Source of the DNA: Raillietiella orientalis
Taxonomy: Eukaryota
DNA length: 64,000 nucleotides
Direction: 5' to 3'
NCBI GenBank assembly: GCA_036172245.1
Contig: JAYWIR010000019.1
Location: 2,604,001 to 2,668,000, forward strand
Positions 52,425 through 64,000 of this stretch are shown here, piece after piece. The notes below the pieces were generated by a model. That model did no database searches, had not been told where the DNA came from, and was given only the letters and a program-made list of their open reading frames with translations. How positions within the stretch are numbered: the stretch's first letter is position 1; each line of letters begins with the position of its first letter. The position numbers and the translations under genes were made by a program.

Positions 52425-53712
52425 TTTATAATAAATTTTATTGGAAAGCTGGTCAGTTGGAGGTCCAAAAAGAGTTCTTCATTTCCATGGTTACATTGGT
52501 TTCATTCTAGTCCAAACTAAGATCTGTTTCTCTACTGGGATTGCCCGTGTGGAGCTGTTCACGATGCTCTGACCAACTGCAAAGCTCATCTCTTGTTTGG
52601 TTCTCTCTTACTCATTCATATTGTGTTTTATTCGTTTATCTATCACACTTCATGATTCCATAAAATTCTCGATGCACTCTGCAACAGAATTAGTGGAAAA
52701 CTAAGACTTGTGCCTTGGTTTTTCAGAACAATAGAATTAGGTTACATTTTGCCAGTGATTATATTGTAATTGGTATTACTGGTAAAAGTCTTCTTTCTGT
52801 TTTAGGAATCAATATACGGCTAAAGCTAAACGCATTGGAAATCTGAAAAAAATCATGTAAAAATATGAATGAACTTTCTAAAAGTTCTGAAGGATTTGAA
52901 ATTTGTGATTTTTCACGTTATTTGTAGAGTATTCCAACGTATCGCTGCTGGATCCAATGTTGAAAACATTGTACTGAGAAGATTCACTTCAGCATATATG
53001 GAAGCTTTATTAGAGTGAAATTTAGAAACACAATAGCTCTTTCTAGAATAATAACAAGGTTATTTGCCTCAAACTGTTAGGAGTCCCTAATTATTTATGA
53101 ATCAATCGTGAATGCCCTTATTTCTGCCCGGTTGCCGGTCCGTTGTCAATGGAAATGCTAATGATGAGAAACCAAATCTCAGTTTTGCTAGTACGTATCG
53201 GAAAAATCCAGAACTCTGCATGGACACAAGGAATCCTGGAAAGTGTCATAATCATCTGAATTTTTTCATGCCACAAAGGAATATTATTTAGAATCCTAGA
53301 GCTTATGTCTCAAGTCAGAACTTTCTGCCGTAAAAGTATGTATTAAATAGTCTTAAACGATGCTGCAAATTGTACAATTAGTTATCGAATTTTTGTGTTT
53401 CGCTCTTTATTTTACTGGGGTCTTTTGATTAGTAAGGTGCCAGCAACTTCATCGTGAGATTGCTTTTGAATTTCGTGTGTGCGTGTGTGTGTGTTTTTGC
53501 ATCTCCAGTATGCACGCCCAAGCTTTCTAACCTCTGGATTCGTGGTTCCGGGAGAGAACAGCAACATACCAAATTAATCTTCTGTTCCCTCTTTGGACCT
53601 GTTAACATTAGAGAACCATAGGAGAGTATAGTGATGTTTCTTTGTTTACAAGGCCCGGTGAGTGCATCAGAGAGATGAAGCATGTTTGCAGAATCTGTAC
53701 TTCTAGGATCCT

Positions 53713-53770
53713 GAAATTCCTAGAATCCACATTCTAGTAATATTCCTGGAATGTGGATTCTAGCAATTTT
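53713..53770 (+). ncRNA. Pre-miRNA-like hairpin
   Basis: CTAGAATCCACATTCTAG (53720-53737) pairs with CTGGAATGTGGATTCTAG (53746-53763), with an 8-nt loop. The stem extends through AAATT/AATTT. Confidence 0.3.
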
Positions 53771-54306
53771 CTAACAGTCAAGTTCTCTGGAGTCTGAGTA
53801 CATGAAAGAAGTGTCTTTGATGCTGCATTATTCCATCAGCGTAGCCAACAGCTTAATTCTCCGGAACACTTGCCACGGTTTCCTACAGTCGTTCTCGTAA
53901 GGGCTATGAATAGCACCACTGAATCAGAATTGCTGGTCTGAAGGCTTCTATAAAAGGTGGGATAGGAAATGCAAACCAGGAAAAAATGATCATTTTATTC
54001 CTAAGGCGGTTTTCTATGATCATATCTTCCAAAAATAAGCTTTCTGCTGTTTCCTGCATCCTGCTGTACGTCAAGAAATCCTTTTGATATAGGTGCAGTT
54101 ATACAATCACTTGTTTGCTTCCTCAGTATATTGAAATCTCAAATCATGAAAAAACTGAACTGATTAATCAATTTTCTTATTAACTTAATACTGCATAACA
54201 GTTGGAAAGGTACATCGAGTCAATTCATTGACAGCTACCTTCGAGATCTGGGAACACCAGCTGCATGCTTCCCATTTTTTGGATAGATACGAACTTTTTT
54301 GCAAAA

Positions 54307-54374
54307 TATCAGTTCAAACAATAAATTGTTTGAACTGATAAGCCATTAAAGTCATTAAAGCCATTAAAGTCATC
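54307..54374. repeat. Perfect 16-bp inverted repeat followed by a 9-bp tandem repeat
   Basis: TATCAGTTCAAACAAT-AA-ATTGTTTGAACTGATA, then about four AG(C/T)CATTAA units. Confidence 0.8.
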
Positions 54375-57300
54375 GGTGGATAACAATATTACAGTACTGA
54401 AAATAAATCAAAGTTTCAAAAGCATCATCTGTTTATCTACATTTTATAAGTCAAAAAGCTATTAAGAGTTCATAGATTAAGGTCCATTCAGCATTCCTCT
54501 GAAAGCTCCACATTTTGAAAATTGAACAAATATCCTAAAAAATATCTCTTTTCTTGCTTGGTACAGCATCAAAATTAATTTGAAACAACAAATGGAAGTT
54601 TCGCTTACCGATACAGATAAAAATAAATACAGGTCTAAAGGTTAAAGTTCGCCATCTGGAGATCAGATGGATGGCAAGCTTTGTTTCAGTCAATTCACGT
54701 CACTGATGGCTTCATTTGCCATTCTTTTGTAAATATAATAATATAATGCAGTATTTACAATACACTAGACGCCTTATTATATTCACACATTTATTATTTC
54801 TGATCGATGAAACGAGATTAAATACACACTTTCAGTACTTACTGATGCTTCACAAAAAAACAGCACCTATGCCATCAATAACGAATGATTTGTCTTCTTT
54901 TCTAATAAAGTGGTTGTTTTAATCAAAGGAGCACACTTTATACATCATTCACATGTTTGAAATTCCTTGTCGAAACAACTCTACAATAATTGCCTTCTCA
55001 CTGAGCTTCGTCGGTAAGAGCGAGTCTTGTGTTTCGGATCATGGAAAACCCCTATTTCCCTCTGAAATACTTGTAATCGGTGGGTCTCATCACATTGTGT
55101 ATTGAAGTTTTTTTATATGAATTGCTACTGATTGCCTCTTACTAAATACATGTAAACTCTCAGTTTCCTGTTTTCGAACAATATAAGTTTTGACAACACT
55201 ACTGGAAACTTTGGCTTTACTTTGGTTCAGCTCAAGGAGCCACATTGACTAAAGATTTCAGTGTAAGGATTTGATAGCAATAGCAAGCAAATGTTGTTGA
55301 AATGAAAAGAATGTAAATTCGTGACCATTCGCAATACATATGGAACCATCAAATGTAATGTGACTATTTTGTGACCATGGAATACAATGAGACTATTTCA
55401 CGAGTTGCTTTCATGAAAAGCATCAAGGTCAGATATGCGGCAGAGGTTGAAGATGGGTACTTATTCTGTACTTTTTTATTTTTTTATCATACAGCTGCTA
55501 AACTAAGAATATTAGTAAATATTCACAACAGTTACGGTGATGAAGATCATTATTATGAGCTTAAAGAAACAATCAAATCAAAAGAAACAATATGCCGATT
55601 AACTATTATGACTGTCTTTGCCATTTACATTCAATGATGAGCTAAAAAAAAAATACACTATAATTTGAGTAAAGATTTTAATTTTATTTCCGCATATTCA
55701 TCTCCAGAATTGTTGGCCTTTAAATTCCGATGCAACAGAATCTCTCAATTCCTTTCTTATATTTTGAACGGTAATTGAACACTTGGTCTCATTAAAAACA
55801 ATATTAATCTAGCACAATGTTTCAAGTTGCACTATTATGAAACTATTTTGATTCACGTACTATTTTTTCCTATTTTTGAATGCTTAATCATATTCAAGAT
55901 TCTTGTCCTTGTTGTTCGACTGCGAAAAAAGCTTTAGCATCATATGTTTTGTAACTTGTTTTTATATGGATGCTTTAAGACCATTTTGTAATCTTTTAAG
56001 TTGTTTATTTCAAGATTGCAATATTGTAATTACATCATATAAAATTATTCGACGATTTGACAATGAAAAACACCTTTTTTTCCCATTATGATTATTTAAT
56101 TTTTTTTACTTCTGCTTACTGGTAAGTTTACTTTGCATTATTAGCCCAGTACAATTTTATCAATTGGTTGTAAACGCTTCAACGATATTTTTTTTGTATG
56201 CGGGGAAAAAAAATTGTCGTAATACTTGGCAACAGTACTTGTTTATTATTCATCTGGAGTACCCGCAACTGGAGGGATGCAGAAGTTCTGCTTCGCCGGT
56301 TGTTTTCTTATGCAATCTCAATGTTTATTCGATTTTTCCTGTTTATTTCTTTTTTGTTCTAAGCTGCTTTGCTCATCTTATTCCACTGATATGGTTGAGT
56401 TTTCTTCCGAGGTTTCATATTTTTGAAAGTTTCAATTTGTTGACAGGAGTTTGCTGAGCGTTGGTAATCGTCGTTGTTATTGTTTTCAGAGTAGAAGTTA
56501 CATTGTCAATTTGTTAACAGTGTTTGCATTATTGATAGGTTTCAATGTTTCTGTGAAAGGTTGGTTTCTGTCTTTGGATGGTTTCTGTAGATTTTGGCTT
56601 CATGTTGTACGGAGATCGTTGGTAACCTTCTTGAGAAAGTAAGACCTAAACAATGCATTTCTTTTCCCATATAATGCAGTTTCAAATAGTGCAATAACAG
56701 TGTTGACGGCAACTTTTTTCTGGATTCTCTGTTAATTTCTTTGTGCTGTTCACTAAAGTAGTCTTCGTGCGGGAGTAAAAAAAAAAAAAAAAAGTCATTG
56801 GAAACCGACGATGAAGCATGATTTTGTTAATGTTTTTCTTAAGTAGGTGCAAAGACGTTCTAATGAAGCCAGACAGAAAATACTGAAAATGAATGTAAAT
56901 ATCTTGAAGCCGGGAGGACGCTTGAAGCCTAGGTAGTTTTGCTAAAGTTAGACTCGAAAATCAAAAGAATTCTTTTGTGCGCTTGCGTAGCAAATGCTCG
57001 TCTAATTATACTTCTGAACTCCAGGCAGCATTCATGCTCCTCGGAAGGATGATTTCAAGTTAAAAATACAGATTGCCGAATGCAATTATGATAAACAGAA
57101 ACTTCTAAAATCGATTTCAGTAGTTTCCACAATGATCAATGTATACTGTTGAGTATAGTAGTTAGTAGTATTATGTTGCAAAGAATACTGTACCATTATG
57201 GAAACAAGGTAAAATGAGGAAAAACATCTGTATTTACGTATAGTTTTTCGGAAGTTCCCCGGTAGAAGTATAAAAAGAAGAGCGAGTCAAGTTTTAAGTG

Positions 57301-57578
57301 TAAGTTTATGTTACAACATTCTTGCAAAGGTGAATAAAATGCCGGAATGCAGTCCAATAAAGAAATAAGTGGTCTAGACTGACAAGTGATCCGAAAAGAA
57401 AATCATTTTATATTCGACATTTGTTGTGAATTAAGATATTTATCATTCAAAAGTCTTTCTTGTTGAACCCAGTACTTATATTTCCAGTATTATGTGTGCA
57501 CCTTCATCAAAATCCTCAAGTTAAACGTATTTGCTCTCCAAAGTTTTTTTATTCTTCTGTCATGTAAATAATTTCAAG

Positions 57579-63692
<6,114 letters not shown>

Positions 63693-64000
63693 GTAAGTGG
63701 TCCATTGATATATTTGATGAGAGATTCTTCTAAACTGTGAATACTTTTGTCGTTTTTCGTTATCATTTTATTTCATTATGCAATTAGGATGAACAGAAAG
63801 TATTTACTTTGCTTTGGTTAAAGCAAATGTAAGATTTATTTCATTAGTGATTTTCTTTAGAATAAGAAACTTTCAGATTATTAAAGGAAAATAAAATAAA
63901 ATTTATTGAGTTTTTGTTTTAATTTACATGATGCTCACTGCAGATTTTTCTTATAAAATATGCCTATTTTGTTTTTGTTTTATATTTATGTATATTTGCA

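Overview
AT-rich animal (invertebrate, probably arthropod) genomic DNA with spliced genes and very short (40-50 nt) introns. Recognisable protein genes: a Flattop/CFAP126 ciliary gene that the ORF track misses (minus, 1910-5800), an NHLH/HEN-type bHLH factor (minus, ~11981-12247), mitochondrial ribosomal protein L17 (minus, 3 exons, 34361-38417), SRRM1/SRm160 (plus, 16 coding exons, 41922-48389) and MRCK/genghis khan kinase (plus, from 57579, running off the window). The 8-35 kb segment is GC/CpG-richer and gene-poor. It holds a degenerate LAMP-like locus, a foldback mariner remnant and an internally deleted piggyBac remnant. Best leads: a candidate 9-nt stop-creating microexon in mRpL17, a candidate intronic H/ACA snoRNA in gek, a hairpin carrying a miR-1-type seed, and the LAMP-like locus whose GYxxPhi signal is not terminal. 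Exon boundaries and family assignments were made by eye and from memory of family motifs, with no database search. I found no clearly novel multi-gene system.
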